From: an uncultured delta proteobacterium | GTDB lineage: Bacteria; Desulfobacterota; Binatia; UBA9968 | Assembly (NCBI GenBank): GCA_963840855.1 | Contig: CAWJBB010000080.1 | Location: forward strand, 24,322-88,321 | Length of the DNA: 64,000 nt | Direction: 5' to 3' | Shown here: in pieces, positions 20,287 through 31,330 of the stretch | Numbering within the stretch: the first letter of the stretch is position 1 | Layout of the letters: every line of letters begins with the position of its first letter | Position numbers and translations under genes: made by a program | The notes under the pieces: model-generated | Told to the model about the DNA's origin: nothing | The model's database searches: none | The model's input: the letters and a program-made list of their open reading frames with translations, nothing else

Positions 20287-20485
20287 TTGAACAGCACCGT
20301 TAAGACCTGTTCAATTCTACGCACCTACTTTCAAGGTTAAAAGAGTGTCAACGCATTAAATTTGAACGTATAACTTTGAGCCCGTTAAGCCACAAATGTG
20401 GCGCGCGGCATAGGGACTGATTTATTGAAAGATTCTGGCCGCGCTTGATTGCCTTGATTTTTCCACCCAATTCTTGGCTTGCTGA

Positions 20486-21493
20486 TTATTTTTTTGCTTT
20501 TAGCCGATACATGCGCGTCGCGGTATCGTGAAATAGCGCCGCGCGTTCGCTCTCGGAATAGTTCGCCGTAATCCGTTTGAAGGCGTTCCACACCACCACG
20601 TAGGAATTGGCTCGCTTTTCCACCGGGAAATTGCTCTCGAACATGCAACGGTCAGCGCCGAACTTTTCGATGCATAGCTCTACGTAAGGTTTTAGCGCCG
20701 CCGCGAGCTCCGTGGAAGACGGCTGCGCAGCGCGCTCATGCCAATCGAAACCCGACCGTTCTGACCCAAGCCCGCCTAACTTCACCGCCACGTTAGGACA
20801 AGCGGCTACCCGCAGGATGCCCTCACGCCAGGCCTCGAAGACTTCGGCGCGTTTGCCCGCGTAGGGGCCGACGCCGAGGGGCGCTCCTATATGATTCAGG
20901 ATGATGCTGACAGTCGGAAAGGCCCCCGCCAATTCGGCTAGTTCCGCAAGCTGCGGATGATAAAGCCAGGCGTCGTAGCTCAATTTATATCGCGCAAGGC
21001 AAGCAAAGCCGCGGCGAAAGGAGCTTTCGGACAAAAATCCGCGCGACGCCTCGTTGCGCAGCACGCCGCTCGCATCCCATGTCGTCGAATGGCGAATGCC
21101 GCGGAAGCGATCAGGGCTCGCGGCCATATGCGCTTCCAGTACTCCTGCCACCCCATCGCCTAGACTAAGGTCGGCGAAGCCGACGATGGCGGAAGCAACG
21201 GCCGTGGCGATGCTCGGGTCCGCCGCAACACGGTTTGCGACCGATTCGAGGAATTCCGTCTCGCCGAGTGGCTTCAGTTCATCGGGGCCATCCTTGCGGT
21301 ACATCGCCTTGCACTCGATGGCGACCGTCGCGACGACGTTGTGGCCGCAGCCGGCGTCTTGAAGAAAATCGGCCAGCAGATAGCGCTCGCCGGCGCGTTC
21401 CCACAAATGATGGTGCGCATCGCAAATCGGCAACGCCGGCTCAAGCGGAGCCTCGCTAACAAATTCCGAAGATGGATTCTTCATTGTTGCCAC
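20486..21493 (-). CDS. Amidohydrolase_2 family (lactonase-like subgroup)
   Basis: DAHHHLW, RFRGIR, ILNHIG, CMFESNFPV. Confidence 0.9.
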   Translation of the reverse strand: MATMKNPSSEFVSEAPLEPALPICDAHHHLWERAGERYLLADFLQDAGCGHNVVATVAIECKAMYRKDGPDELKPLGETEFLESVANRVAADPSIATAVASAIVGFADLSLGDGVAGVLEAHMAASPDRFRGIRHSTTWDASGVLRNEASRGFLSESSFRRGFACLARYKLSYDAWLYHPQLAELAELAGAFPTVSIILNHIGAPLGVGPYAGKRAEVFEAWREGILRVAACPNVAVKLGGLGSERSGFDWHERAAQPSSTELAAALKPYVELCIEKFGADRCMFESNFPVEKRANSYVVVWNAFKRITANYSESERAALFHDTATRMYRLKAKK

Positions 21494-21564
21494 GATGCTT
21501 CAGCGCGGTTTGCAAGGCGCGAAAATGGAAATCATTGCCACAGGAATCGTCAGCGCAGGCATCG

Positions 21565-22836
21565 CTATCTGATCCGTTCGACTCCGCCCATATATGGCCG
21601 CAGAGCATCGGGAATCAGAACGCTGCCGTCTTTCTGTTGATAGTTTTCGAGAACCGCCACCAGTGTTCTCCCCACAGCTAGGCCAGAGCCATTGAGCGTG
21701 TGAACGAATATCGGTCTCCCCTTCTTATCCTTGCGGTACCGAATGTGCGCCCGGCGCGCTTGGAAATCTTCGCAGTTGGAGCAAGAACTGATTTCACGGT
21801 AGGCTTTTTGCCCGGGGACCCACACTTCCAAGTCATAGGTTTTCGCGGCGGCAGGGCCCATATCGCCGGTGCAGAGCTCGACCACGCGATAAGGCAATTT
21901 CAGCCGCTTGAGGACTTCTTCCGCGTTCTGCACCATGCTCTCCAGCTCCTGGTAGGAAGTCTCCGGTTCCGTGAATTTCACCATTTCAACTTTGTTAAAC
22001 TGATGCTGGCGGATCAGGCCCCGAACGTCTTTGCCGTAAGAACCCGCTTCGCTGCGAAAGCATGGCGTGTGGGCGACATACTTTATCGGCAGCTCCTCCC
22101 GCTCGATCATCTCATCCCGGTGCAAGTTGGTAAGCGGAACCTCCGCGGTGGGAATGAGAAAGTAGTCTCCCTGAGCGAGGCGAAACAGATCTTCTTCGAA
22201 CTTAGGAAGCTGGCCGGTGCCGATCAGCGAAGCGCGGTTGACGAGCGCCGGCGGCAAGATTTCCTTGTAGCCGTTTTCCTTGGTGTGCAAATCCAGCATG
22301 AAATTGATCAACGCCCGCTCGAGTCTCGCGCCGGCATCCCGGTAAACCACGAATCGGGCGCCGGTGATTTTGGCCGCTCGGACAAAGTCCAGAATGCCCA
22401 ATTCTTCACCGATGTCCCAGTGGTTCTTGGGTTCAAAATCGAACTCGGGCAGTTCGCCCCAACGGCGGATCTCTTTGTTGTCTTCAGCGCTTTTCCCGAT
22501 AGCGACGCTTTCGTTGGGCAAGTTTGGCAAACTTAGCATGAAAGCTTCAAAACGGGCCTCGATCTCCGCCAGCGGCTTCTCGCTGTTCCGAATCGCGTCA
22601 CTGACCTCTTCCGCCTCGCCCATCAGTGCTACGGCATCGGCGCCGGATTTTTTAAGCTTGCCAATTTCTCCGGACAATCGATTCTTTTTTTCCTTGAGTT
22701 TCTCGATGTTCGCCAGGGCTTCGCGCCGCTCGTGGTCCACGGCGAGGAACTCGTCCCAATCGATCTCAGCGCCGCGAGGCGCCATCCGCGCTTTAACCTC
22801 ATCCAGGTTTTCCCTCAACAACTTTACGTCTAACAC
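21565..22836 (-). CDS. serS: Seryl-tRNA synthetase
   Basis: N-terminal coiled coil, [32 protein letters not shown]. Confidence 0.98.
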   Translation of the reverse strand: MLDVKLLRENLDEVKARMAPRGAEIDWDEFLAVDHERREALANIEKLKEKKNRLSGEIGKLKKSGADAVALMGEAEEVSDAIRNSEKPLAEIEARFEAFMLSLPNLPNESVAIGKSAEDNKEIRRWGELPEFDFEPKNHWDIGEELGILDFVRAAKITGARFVVYRDAGARLERALINFMLDLHTKENGYKEILPPALVNRASLIGTGQLPKFEEDLFRLAQGDYFLIPTAEVPLTNLHRDEMIEREELPIKYVAHTPCFRSEAGSYGKDVRGLIRQHQFNKVEMVKFTEPETSYQELESMVQNAEEVLKRLKLPYRVVELCTGDMGPAAAKTYDLEVWVPGQKAYREISSCSNCEDFQARRAHIRYRKDKKGRPIFVHTLNGSGLAVGRTLVAVLENYQQKDGSVLIPDALRPYMGGVERIR

Positions 22837-22845
22837 GGTATTCCT

Positions 22846-23217
22846 CTAAGAGATCTCGAAGGCGTTTTGCACATGCTCCACCACGGGTTCAGGCCCCGGC
22901 CAGGAAATACCGACGACGTCAAAGCGGGCGTCGCGCTCGTGCAGTTTTTTCTGGTGTAAGAAAAGCTGAGCAGCGAGAATCATGCGCCGCTGCTTTCGCG
23001 GTTCCACGGCCTCCAACGGGGTGCCGAATCCATGATCGGTGCGCGTCTTCACTTCGACAAAAACGACAACCCGGCGGTCAAGCACGATCAAATCGACTTC
23101 GCCGCCGCGGCAGCGATAGTTGCGCTCGACGAGCGCATAGCCCTTTTTCTTTAAATAGCGCTCCGCGACCCTTTCGCCCTCCCTGCCGAGCGCCTGTTTT
23201 GAATTTTCTCCGTTCAT
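22846..23217 (-). CDS. yraN: YraN (UPF0102) PD-(D/E)xK nuclease-like protein
   Basis: LGREGE, ERNYRCRGGEVDLI, VFVEVKTR, RFDVV; usual position next to rnhB. Confidence 0.93.
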   Translation of the reverse strand: MNGENSKQALGREGERVAERYLKKKGYALVERNYRCRGGEVDLIVLDRRVVVFVEVKTRTDHGFGTPLEAVEPRKQRRMILAAQLFLHQKKLHERDARFDVVGISWPGPEPVVEHVQNAFEIS

Positions 23218-23909
23218 CGCTTTATCAAGGTTCCATCGGCTTCACACAACTCGCGCACCGGCGCAAAGCTGCGGCGGTGTACCGGCGACGGGCCATGACG
23301 GCGCAACGCCTCCAGATGCGCAGCGCTGCCATATCCCTTGTGGCCGGCGAAACCATACTGCGGATAGGTCGCATCCAATTCGATCATGATTTGGTCCCGG
23401 GCCACCTTCGCAATAATGGAGGCCGCGGCGATGGAGAGGCAGATCCGGTCGCCCTTGATGATAGCCGTTTGTATTGTCTCCCGTCGGACGACTGCGAACC
23501 GGGAATTAAGAATTTCCACCGGAATCGTCTGGCTGCCGTCTATCAGCAAATGGTCAGGCGCCGGCGCTAGAGCTCGGCAAGCCTTAGCCATGGCCATTAG
23601 ACTCGCTTTGAGAATGTTATAGCGGTCGATCTCTTGAACATCGACGATCCCCAAACCCCAGCTGATGGCGTTTGCTTTAATGACTAGTGCGAGCCGCGAG
23701 CGTTGTTCGGCCGTAAGGAGCTTGGAATCCCTGATCTCGCAGTCCGTAAATCCCCGCGGTAAGACCACCGCTGCCGCCACCACGGGACCCGCCAATGGCC
23801 CTCTTCCAGCTTCGTCGATGCCGGCGATCCATTTAAAACCGAGGCCGAAATTTTCTGCCTCTATGGGCACGAAATCCTGATCGCCATCAGGCCGTGTCGC
23901 TATAACCAT
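23214..23909 (-). CDS. rnhB: Ribonuclease HII
   Basis: GIDEAGRGPLAGPV, DSK, IDG, KGD, SIAAASIIAKVARD. Confidence 0.97.
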   Translation of the reverse strand: MVIATRPDGDQDFVPIEAENFGLGFKWIAGIDEAGRGPLAGPVVAAAVVLPRGFTDCEIRDSKLLTAEQRSRLALVIKANAISWGLGIVDVQEIDRYNILKASLMAMAKACRALAPAPDHLLIDGSQTIPVEILNSRFAVVRRETIQTAIIKGDRICLSIAAASIIAKVARDQIMIELDATYPQYGFAGHKGYGSAAHLEALRRHGPSPVHRRSFAPVRELCEADGTLIKR

Positions 23910-23975
23910 CGTGCTTCAGTTGTAACCAAAAGGATACCGCACTGCAAATAAGACCCCGTCCCAGGGGAGATTTCA

Positions 23976-24003
23976 GTTCAAAGTTCCAGGTTCAAGTTTC
24001 CAC
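23976..24003 (+). repeat. Half-copy of the GTTCAA heptamer array
   Basis: GTTCAAA GTTCCAG GTTCAAG TTTCCAC in the divergent rnhB/gatC gap. Confidence 0.5.
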
Positions 24004-24034
24004 GATTGGCATTGTTTCTATGCTATGGTAAAAA

Positions 24035-24328
24035 ATGTCGATGGCACTCACGCGCGAAGAGGTACAACGCGTCGCGTTACTCGCCCGCCTGCGTTTCTCA
24101 GGTGAAGAAGAAAGCCGACTCACCGAACAATTGGGCAAGATTCTCGAATATTTTGCCGTTCTGGAGCGGGTGGACACGTCCGGCATCGAGCCTATGGCCC
24201 ACGCGCTGGACGTGGTCAATGCCCTGCGCGATGACCGGGTAACCAATGAGCCGAATACCGAAGCCCTCTTGGCTAATGCGCCGGCGACGGACGGAAACTT
24301 CTTTCAGGTTCCCAAAATCATCGAATGA
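24035..24328 (+). CDS. gatC: Asp/Glu-tRNA amidotransferase subunit C
   Basis: VALLARL, NALRDD, ANAP, FQVPKI; overlaps gatA. Confidence 0.95.
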   Translation: MSMALTREEVQRVALLARLRFSGEEESRLTEQLGKILEYFAVLERVDTSGIEPMAHALDVVNALRDDRVTNEPNTEALLANAPATDGNFFQVPKIIE

Positions 24329-25782
24329 ACCCATGCGCTCTTACGCTTCATGAGGCGAGCGAAAAGCTCAGCAAGCACGAGCTATCGTCTCAAGAACTGA
24401 CCGCCGCGGTTTTTGCTCAAATCACGAATACCGACGACCGGGTTCATTCCTATATCACGCTTTGCCGCGAGAGTGCCGAGAAGGCGGCCACGAAAGCGGA
24501 CGAACTTCTGCGACAAGGAAACCCAACGTCGCCCCTCACCGGCATTCCTCTCGCCGTCAAGGATAATTTTCTCACCCGCGGCGTCCGCACCACCTGCGCA
24601 TCGAAGATTCTCGGCGACTTCATGTCGCCCTACGACGCTACCACGATCGCGCGGCTGCGCGCTCAGCTCGCCGTCATCACCGGCAAGACCAATCTCGACG
24701 AGTTCGCCATGGGATCTTCCGCGGAAAACTCAGCTTTCTTTGCCACGCGCAATCCTTGGGACTTGGAGCGGGTGCCGGGCGGCTCGTCGGGTGGTTCAGC
24801 GGCCGCGGTAGCCTTGGACCAGTGCATCGCGGCCTTGGGCACCGACACCGGCGGCTCGATTCGCCAGCCGGCGGCTTTCTGCGGCGTCGTCGGACTCAAA
24901 CCGACCTATGGCCGCGTGAGCCGTTACGGTATTATCGCCTTTGCCTCTTCGATGGATCAGGTCGGCCCCATAACCAAAGACGCGCGCGACGCGGCACTGC
25001 TGCTCGGAGCCATCGCCGGCCACGATCCTGCGGATTCAACTTCCGTAAACCTGCCCGTGCCCAATTATGCGGCGGCGCTTACGGGCGACATTAGAGGACT
25101 CCGGATCGGCGTGCCAAAACAATACTTCGTGTCGGGTATGCAAAAAGAGACCGAGGACGCGGTGCACGCGGCCGTTCGGCAGTTAGAAAAAACCGGCGCG
25201 GTCATCGAAGAAGTTTCTCTGCCGCACACGGAATACGCCGTCGCCGTATACTATATCGTCGCCACCGCGGAAGCGAGCTCCAATCTGGCGCGCTACGACG
25301 GTATGCGGTTCGGCCGTCGCGCCCCCGCGAAAGACTTGACCGAAACATATTTGGAAAGCCGCCAGGAAGGCTTCGGCGCCGAGGTCAAACGCCGCATCAT
25401 GCTTGGTACCTACGCGCTATCAGCGGGCTATTACGATGCCTACTATCTTAAAGCGCAGCAAGTGCGCGCACTGATCAAGAAAGACTTCGACGATGCGTTT
25501 CACCTCGTCGACGCCATGATCACGCCAACGGCGCCGACGACGGCGTTCAAGATCGGCGAGAAGACCCAAGACCCGCTACAGATGTATTTGTCGGATATCT
25601 ATACCATCTCGGCCAATCTAGCCGGGCTGCCCGCGCTTTCCTTACCCTGTGGTTTCGACCCGCAATGTCTTCCCATCGGCCTGCAAATCATCGGCAAGCC
25701 GTTTGACGAGGCGACGATTCTCAACCTTGCTTATGCCTACGAACAATCCACCGAATGGCATAAAAAGAAACCGGTGCTATGA
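24325..25782 (+). CDS. gatA: Asp/Glu-tRNA amidotransferase subunit A
   Basis: Amidase signature [32 protein letters not shown]. Confidence 0.98.
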   Translation: MNPCALTLHEASEKLSKHELSSQELTAAVFAQITNTDDRVHSYITLCRESAEKAATKADELLRQGNPTSPLTGIPLAVKDNFLTRGVRTTCASKILGDFMSPYDATTIARLRAQLAVITGKTNLDEFAMGSSAENSAFFATRNPWDLERVPGGSSGGSAAAVALDQCIAALGTDTGGSIRQPAAFCGVVGLKPTYGRVSRYGIIAFASSMDQVGPITKDARDAALLLGAIAGHDPADSTSVNLPVPNYAAALTGDIRGLRIGVPKQYFVSGMQKETEDAVHAAVRQLEKTGAVIEEVSLPHTEYAVAVYYIVATAEASSNLARYDGMRFGRRAPAKDLTETYLESRQEGFGAEVKRRIMLGTYALSAGYYDAYYLKAQQVRALIKKDFDDAFHLVDAMITPTAPTTAFKIGEKTQDPLQMYLSDIYTISANLAGLPALSLPCGFDPQCLPIGLQIIGKPFDEATILNLAYAYEQSTEWHKKKPVL

Positions 25783-25861
25783 CAATGCGCAATCGTCGTA
25801 GACGGAGATTGGCGGCACAAACCGCGCCGTTTCCTTCCCGTCTCTGTGTCTGTCTGATTTC

Positions 25862-27307
25862 ATGAAATACGACCCCGTTATAGGCCTCGAAGTCCACGCC
25901 CAGATGCTCACCGAGTCGAAGATCTTTTGCGGTTGCTCGACCCGGTTCGGCGGCGACCCTAATGCCAACGCCTGCCCGGTATGCGCCGGCTTTCCCGGGG
26001 TATTGCCGGTGTTGAACCAGCGCGCCGTCGAGTTCGCCATGCGTGCCGGCTTGGCCGCCCATTGCGATATCGCCCGCTCCAGCCGTTTGGCGCGGAAAAA
26101 TTATTTTTATCCTGATCTCCCCAAGGGCTACCAAATCAGCCAGTACGAACTGCCGATCTGCGTGAACGGTTATATCGATATTGAACTGGCGGGCGTGCCC
26201 AAGCGCGTGCGGCTCACGCGCATTCACATTGAGGAAGACGCGGGCAAGAATATTCACGATCTGCGGAGCGACGCGAGCCTCGTGGATCTCAACCGGGCCG
26301 GCGTGCCGCTCCTGGAGATTGTCAGCGAACCCGATCTCCGCAGTGCCGAAGAGGCCGTCATTTATCTCAAACGCTTGCGCGCGATCTTGCAGTATTTGGC
26401 CATTTGCGACGGAAACATGGAGGAAGGCAGTTTTCGCTGCGACGCCAATGTCTCGGTGCGCCCCCAAGGCAGCGACACTCTGGGGACCAAAGTCGAAATC
26501 AAGAATGTAAACTCGTTCAAGGCGGTGGAAAAGGCGATCCTCTACGAGATTCAGCGCCAGAGCGATACCCTTGCAGAAGGTGGAAAGCTGGTCCAAGAAA
26601 CCCGGCTCTGGGATGAAAACCGGGAGGTCACCCGCTCCATGCGTTCCAAAGAGTTCGCCCACGACTACCGATATTTTCCCGATCCCGATTTGCTTCCCAT
26701 CGTCATCAATGAGGATTGGCTTGCCCGGATCAAAGCATCGCTGCCGGAATTTCCCGACCTACGACGCGCGCGGTTCATGTCGGATTACAAGCTGCCGGCC
26801 TACGACGCGGAGCTCCTCACCGGGAGAAAAGATATCGCGGATTATTTCGAATCGGCTCTGGCGATGCACCAAAACGCCAAAGCCCTCGGCAATTGGATAG
26901 TCGGTGATCTCTTTCGGGTTTTGAAGGAACGAAAACTCGACGAGCAACTGACGATCGGCGCGTGGCCGATCCAGCCTGCCCAATTGGCCGAACTGGTAAA
27001 GCTCATCGATCAAGGCAAGATCAGCGGCAAGATCGCCAAGACTGTCTTCGACGCCTTGCTCGACTCTCCCCGCTCGCCTCAGGAAGTCGTCGCCGAAAAA
27101 GGTCTGGAACAAGTCTCCGACACGGGGAGCATCGAAGGTTCCATCGATGCGGTTTTAGCCGCCCATACCAAGCAGGTTGCGGACTATCGCGGCGGCAATG
27201 AGAAAATCTTCGGCTTTCTGGTTGGCCAGGTCATGAAGGCAACCCGCGGCAAGGCCAATCCACAGATGGTCAATGAGCTGCTCAAACGTAAGCTTGCCGC
27301 CTCCTAG
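25862..27307 (+). CDS. gatB: Asp/Glu-tRNA amidotransferase subunit B
   Basis: [30 protein letters not shown]-terminal YqeY-like domain. Confidence 0.98.
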   Translation: MKYDPVIGLEVHAQMLTESKIFCGCSTRFGGDPNANACPVCAGFPGVLPVLNQRAVEFAMRAGLAAHCDIARSSRLARKNYFYPDLPKGYQISQYELPICVNGYIDIELAGVPKRVRLTRIHIEEDAGKNIHDLRSDASLVDLNRAGVPLLEIVSEPDLRSAEEAVIYLKRLRAILQYLAICDGNMEEGSFRCDANVSVRPQGSDTLGTKVEIKNVNSFKAVEKAILYEIQRQSDTLAEGGKLVQETRLWDENREVTRSMRSKEFAHDYRYFPDPDLLPIVINEDWLARIKASLPEFPDLRRARFMSDYKLPAYDAELLTGRKDIADYFESALAMHQNAKALGNWIVGDLFRVLKERKLDEQLTIGAWPIQPAQLAELVKLIDQGKISGKIAKTVFDALLDSPRSPQEVVAEKGLEQVSDTGSIEGSIDAVLAAHTKQVADYRGGNEKIFGFLVGQVMKATRGKANPQMVNELLKRKLAAS

Positions 27308-27385
27308 CGTTGAACCCGGAATTTTGCCCGTTGCGCTTTCAACTCGCCAATTTTAGCGGTAGAATTATGGCCCCACTGGCATCTG

Positions 27386-27415
27386 TTGACATGGCGTTTC
27401 TGTTGCCGCTAGGAT
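27386..27415 (+). promoter_or_regulatory. Overlapping sigma-70-like and sigma-54-like promoter motifs
   Basis: TTGACA(27386)-N18-TAGGAT(27410). The spacer contains TGGCGTTTCTGTTGC (27392-27406), an exact GG-N10-GC. Confidence 0.45.
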
Positions 27416-27548
27416 TCTTTGGGTCAGGCCCTGTTCCGAGGGCGACGGCCCGCCGGGGGTAAACGCAAGTGGATTATGCATAAGTCTACCCAAAAATTGA
27501 ACATCTAATCATAGAGGGAAACCAATCCAGACTTGACAGGGACGATCC

Positions 27549-28343
27549 ATGCAAGGGAACCTTTCGGAAATCAACTTCGACGAAATTCTCTCCTTCGCGA
27601 CGGGAGGTAAAAAAACCGGCGTCCTCACGCTTTGCCGTGGCAGCGAAACTGTCGAGGTTTTTCTTAACGACGGCGATATCGTGCACGCGACCTGTCCCAT
27701 CGGTGAGGGAGAAAAGGCCATCTACTATCCGGTCACATGGGGCGACGGTACCTTCACCTTACAAGCCAATGGCTCAGCGCCGGTCACAACCGTGCAGAAA
27801 AAATCGGAGCAAATATTGGACGACCTGCGAGCCATGAGCCGGGAATGGGAGAGTATTATAGAGGTGATCCCTTCGGGCCAGTGCGTTTTTCAACTCGCCG
27901 ATTTGGGCGCAGAGCCCAACTGCCCCATCACGATTCCTCATGCCGCGTGGCGTGTGCTGTGCAAAATCGACGGGCGGCGCAGCGTCCAGGAAATTGCCGC
28001 GGCGCTTAAAGCTCCGTACGCCCAGACGGCCAAAATTCTCTACAATCTATGCAAGTCGGGCCTCGTGGCCTTGGTTTCAACGGTGACTCAGGCACCGGTA
28101 AATATCGTTTCCGCTGCGCTACTCGCCAGGATGATAGCCCTCCTCACCGATGTCATGGGTCCCATCGCCCCATTCGTAGTGCGCGATCAAATTCGCGCGC
28201 TAAGCCAATCCCAGGAAAAATTTCCGCAAGCTAAACTCGAAGAACTGATCGGACTCGTCAGCCGGGAAGTCTCGGACGCCAAGCTCCGAAGTGAGTTCGA
28301 AACAGCAGTGGTTCGAGAAATTGCCAACTTCAAGAGGTCTTGA
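27549..28343 (+). CDS. DUF4388 (PatA N-terminal-like) domain protein with winged-helix-like middle and helical C-terminus
   Basis: MQGNLSEINFDEIL...KKTGVLTL...GDIVHA...W.DG.F is the DUF4388 pattern; WRVLCKIDGRRSVQEIA; C-terminal MGPIAPFVV. Confidence 0.8.
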   Translation: MQGNLSEINFDEILSFATGGKKTGVLTLCRGSETVEVFLNDGDIVHATCPIGEGEKAIYYPVTWGDGTFTLQANGSAPVTTVQKKSEQILDDLRAMSREWESIIEVIPSGQCVFQLADLGAEPNCPITIPHAAWRVLCKIDGRRSVQEIAAALKAPYAQTAKILYNLCKSGLVALVSTVTQAPVNIVSAALLARMIALLTDVMGPIAPFVVRDQIRALSQSQEKFPQAKLEELIGLVSREVSDAKLRSEFETAVVREIANFKRS

Positions 28344-28375
28344 CTCGAACAAGGCCCGATCTATCAGGAGGATCT

Positions 28376-29167
28376 ATGGCGGAGGAGTCTGTGTCCATGG
28401 AAAATACTAAGCTCGTCAAAGCGGCGTCGGGGACGCGGCGAAAGATGAGCTTGAAATGGAAACTCGGCGCAGCTTCAGGCGGCACGGTCTTGGCCATGGG
28501 CGTGGTCGTACTGAGCATCGTCTACTTTCTCACCGAAGGCGCTCTGCGCAAACAGGTGGATTTTAGATCCTCGGCCATTGCCACGAATCTTAGCGACGCC
28601 GCCGCTCCCTACATATCGCGGCGTAGCGTCCTCGAACTAGACTCGCTGGTCGCCAAGTATGGCCGGCTCGAAGGCGTTGCTTATGCCTTCATCCAGGATG
28701 GCAAAGGAGAAATTATCGCGTCGAGCACCCACCCGTTTCCCGCCGATTTAAAGAATACCCTCAACGACAACCCTCAAGAACGAACCGCGACCTCCAGGTC
28801 GCTCACGATCAGAGGCAGGCCCGTTTACGAAACCCGCGCGCCGGTGCTTGAGGGGCAGCTCGGCGCGGTTCGCGTCGGACTATGGGATGACATCATTCAA
28901 CAGGATGTTCGTAAAACTCTGCTTCCCATAATTCTAGTCACCGCGATTTGTCTCGGCGTGGCGGCCATAGTATCCGTCTTCATTGCCGGTAGTGTGATCA
29001 AGCCAATCATCGAATTGGCCGCGGCGGCCGATGCCATGAGTCGCGGCCAGCTTGACGTCCCAATTACCGCTCGCACTGACGATGAAATTGGCGAGTTGGC
29101 GCGGTCCATCGAGCGAATGCGGGCGAGTTTAAAAGCCGCGATCAACCGACTCAGCCGAACGCCTTGA
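28376..29167 (+). CDS. Two-TM HAMP-domain protein with no cytoplasmic output domain
   Basis: RBS AGGAGG; TM1, extracytoplasmic domain, TM2, HAMP (IKPIIELAAAADAMSRGQL...DEIGELARSIERM), then stop. Confidence 0.85.
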   Translation: MAEESVSMENTKLVKAASGTRRKMSLKWKLGAASGGTVLAMGVVVLSIVYFLTEGALRKQVDFRSSAIATNLSDAAAPYISRRSVLELDSLVAKYGRLEGVAYAFIQDGKGEIIASSTHPFPADLKNTLNDNPQERTATSRSLTIRGRPVYETRAPVLEGQLGAVRVGLWDDIIQQDVRKTLLPIILVTAICLGVAAIVSVFIAGSVIKPIIELAAAADAMSRGQLDVPITARTDDEIGELARSIERMRASLKAAINRLSRTP

Positions 29168-29212
29168 TATTTAAGCGCCGCCGTAAACAAAGAAGGACAT
29201 TATTGATTTGAG

Positions 29213-30436
29213 CTACTTGTGCAATTCACCCGCGTTTAGCCAACGCTCAAGCGATCCCGGCCGAGGCGGGACCGCTGATTCATCCGCAGTTCTACCTGAA
29301 AGTCCACCAGATTGAAGAATAGCGTCGGTCAACCCAGCATAGCTCTTGGCGATGTCGGAGCTGAAGTCACATGCCTCTATAGGCAATCCCTGGTTGATCG
29401 CAGCGACCGCCACCGGATAGTTGTTGGGGAGTGTCCAAAATACTTTCATTCCCAGTGCCTTTTCCATGGTTTCCAGATTCATGATCGGGTTGTTCACGTA
29501 ACGATTGAGCAGCAAGCGTATCTTGCCGACGTCGACACCCATCGTTTGAAACAGGTCAAACGCCCGACGGGCGCTTCTCAGGGAAGGAACATCCATTTCC
29601 GTGAGGAAAAAAATGACATCAGCCTTGTCCAGCACCGTCGTTAGCATGTCGTCAAACACTTTAGGGGTATCGATCACGATATAATCAAAGGCAAGCGCCA
29701 GTATGTCGAGGATCTCATCGATGTCGGCGGGCGTAATCCGTCGTGCATCCCCGGCGCGAAACGGCTCCGCCAAGACCCGCACCCCGGACGCATGCTTAAC
29801 CAGGAAATCTTCGCGAAACGTTGGCTCGGCGCGCCGAATGACCTTGACTAGGTCGAGTATCGTATACGACGGATCCAGATTCAAAAAACTGGTAACCGAA
29901 CCAAACTGCAGTACCAGATCGACCAGGCAAATCAGCTTATCGCGGCCAGCCAAATTCGCGGCAACATTGGTGGCTGCCGTGGTCGTCCCCGCTCCTCCCT
30001 TATTCGATGTAATGGCGATAACTTTTCCGCGTTGCCTAGCCCGGGCGGTTTCGACGCTGATTTTTTTTCGGATTGCGTCGAACACTCTCAGTACCTCTTC
30101 GTTGATCAAAGGTTGGGGTAAATACTCTTCCGCACCGACACGCATGGCCCGCAGAATGAGTTCCGGATCGTTGCGCGGGGATGTCATCACCAAATGTACA
30201 TCGGGAAGATTGAAACTAATCTCCTCGGCGAGGCGGTAGGCTTTGTCCGGATCTCGTTCGATTTCGATGACGGCAACCCTGTTCCCGCTCGTGCATTTTA
30301 GGCGCTCGACGGCTTCTGAATACGAAAATGCCCTCGCTTCGACTTGGTACCCGTCTTCGCCCGCAAGCTGGCGGCGCACGCAACCAAGCGCGATACTCTC
30401 GTCACCAACCAGGAAAATAGAAGTTTTCAATGCCAT
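29213..30436 (-). CDS. cpaE: CpaE/TadZ-like protein (atypical receiver + MinD/ParA-like ATPase)
   Basis: ILRAMRVGAEEYLPQP, deviant Walker A SNKGGAGTTT, DLVLQFG, LPNNY...AINQGLP. Start is 30436 or 30454. Confidence 0.85.
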   Translation of the reverse strand: MALKTSIFLVGDESIALGCVRRQLAGEDGYQVEARAFSYSEAVERLKCTSGNRVAVIEIERDPDKAYRLAEEISFNLPDVHLVMTSPRNDPELILRAMRVGAEEYLPQPLINEEVLRVFDAIRKKISVETARARQRGKVIAITSNKGGAGTTTAATNVAANLAGRDKLICLVDLVLQFGSVTSFLNLDPSYTILDLVKVIRRAEPTFREDFLVKHASGVRVLAEPFRAGDARRITPADIDEILDILALAFDYIVIDTPKVFDDMLTTVLDKADVIFFLTEMDVPSLRSARRAFDLFQTMGVDVGKIRLLLNRYVNNPIMNLETMEKALGMKVFWTLPNNYPVAVAAINQGLPIEACDFSSDIAKSYAGLTDAILQSGGLSGRTADESAVPPRPGSLERWLNAGELHK

Positions 30437-31179
30437 TTTTCTTTGTATCGTCAAGCTTTCGGCACCGGCCGACGTTGCGCCGGCTCATTGAGCCGAGCCC
30501 ACTTTACCGATGGTCGCTGCTCGCTAAACTTGGACGTGAGTTAAATCGGCAATTTAACCGTAACCTTCAAGCGCACCCGATTAAAAAGCTCGGCTAACCA
30601 GCGTTGCCGCCTGCCAGATCGGCCCGAGTCCCGGCGCATGGAATCCTGGAACACGCCCGGACAAATAGGATTGAGTTGAATTTCTTTGCTCAATGCCAGC
30701 TAACCGCTGTCAAACTATCATCATTGTGGTGTCACGAAACGCTCGAATGTGCGGCGCTAAGACCAGGTGTAAAAATGCCTCCCAAACCGATTACCGATCG
30801 CAGGGACCATTGGAGTACTTCGAATATCTCAAGACTACCAAGGCGGTATCGGCAAGACCAAATCGTTTTCCGATTCATGTCCTGATAAATTCACGCGAAT
30901 TTCATCTTTGTTTACCATTCCCGTTTTACAGGCGTGAGAACCTCATCGCTCGGCAATTATGTTAAAGCAATCCTAAATTGACAAACCTGTCGCTTTTGAT
31001 ACAAGGTTGTCGATACCGCCGCGCAGCAGATATGTTTGACTGCGAGCGAAAGGACAAAGGCGCAGCCGGTAAAATTAATGGACTCTTAGGCACATGCTGG
31101 CCGTCTCGGGAAACGTCCGGCGAGACCGCCGGGTCAACCGAAAAGAACAAGGGTTGAACTTGGCATCGTATAATTTGGA

Positions 31180-31195
31180 TGGCGCCTATTTTGCT
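31180..31195 (+). promoter_or_regulatory. Sigma-54 (-24/-12) promoter motif upstream of the diguanylate cyclase
   Basis: TGGCGCCTATTTTGCT, GG-N10-GC with TTGC; about 135 bp before the ATG at 31331. Confidence 0.6.
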
Positions 31196-31330
31196 TCCGA
31201 AACAAATCACCGTCATTTCATGCTTACGTCGCCATAAAATGGCGAACAAGTAAGCAAAAGAAACCGATCGCCGATAAGTCATTGACGAACGATTGAGCTT
31301 CGCCTAGTCATAACGATATTCGCAAAAATC

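Noticed and set aside
30455-31330. Hidden Flp pilin or other small gene in the long gap beside cpaE
   Set aside because: None of the listed ORFs has a G-x4-EY prepilin motif or a hydrophobic pilin helix.
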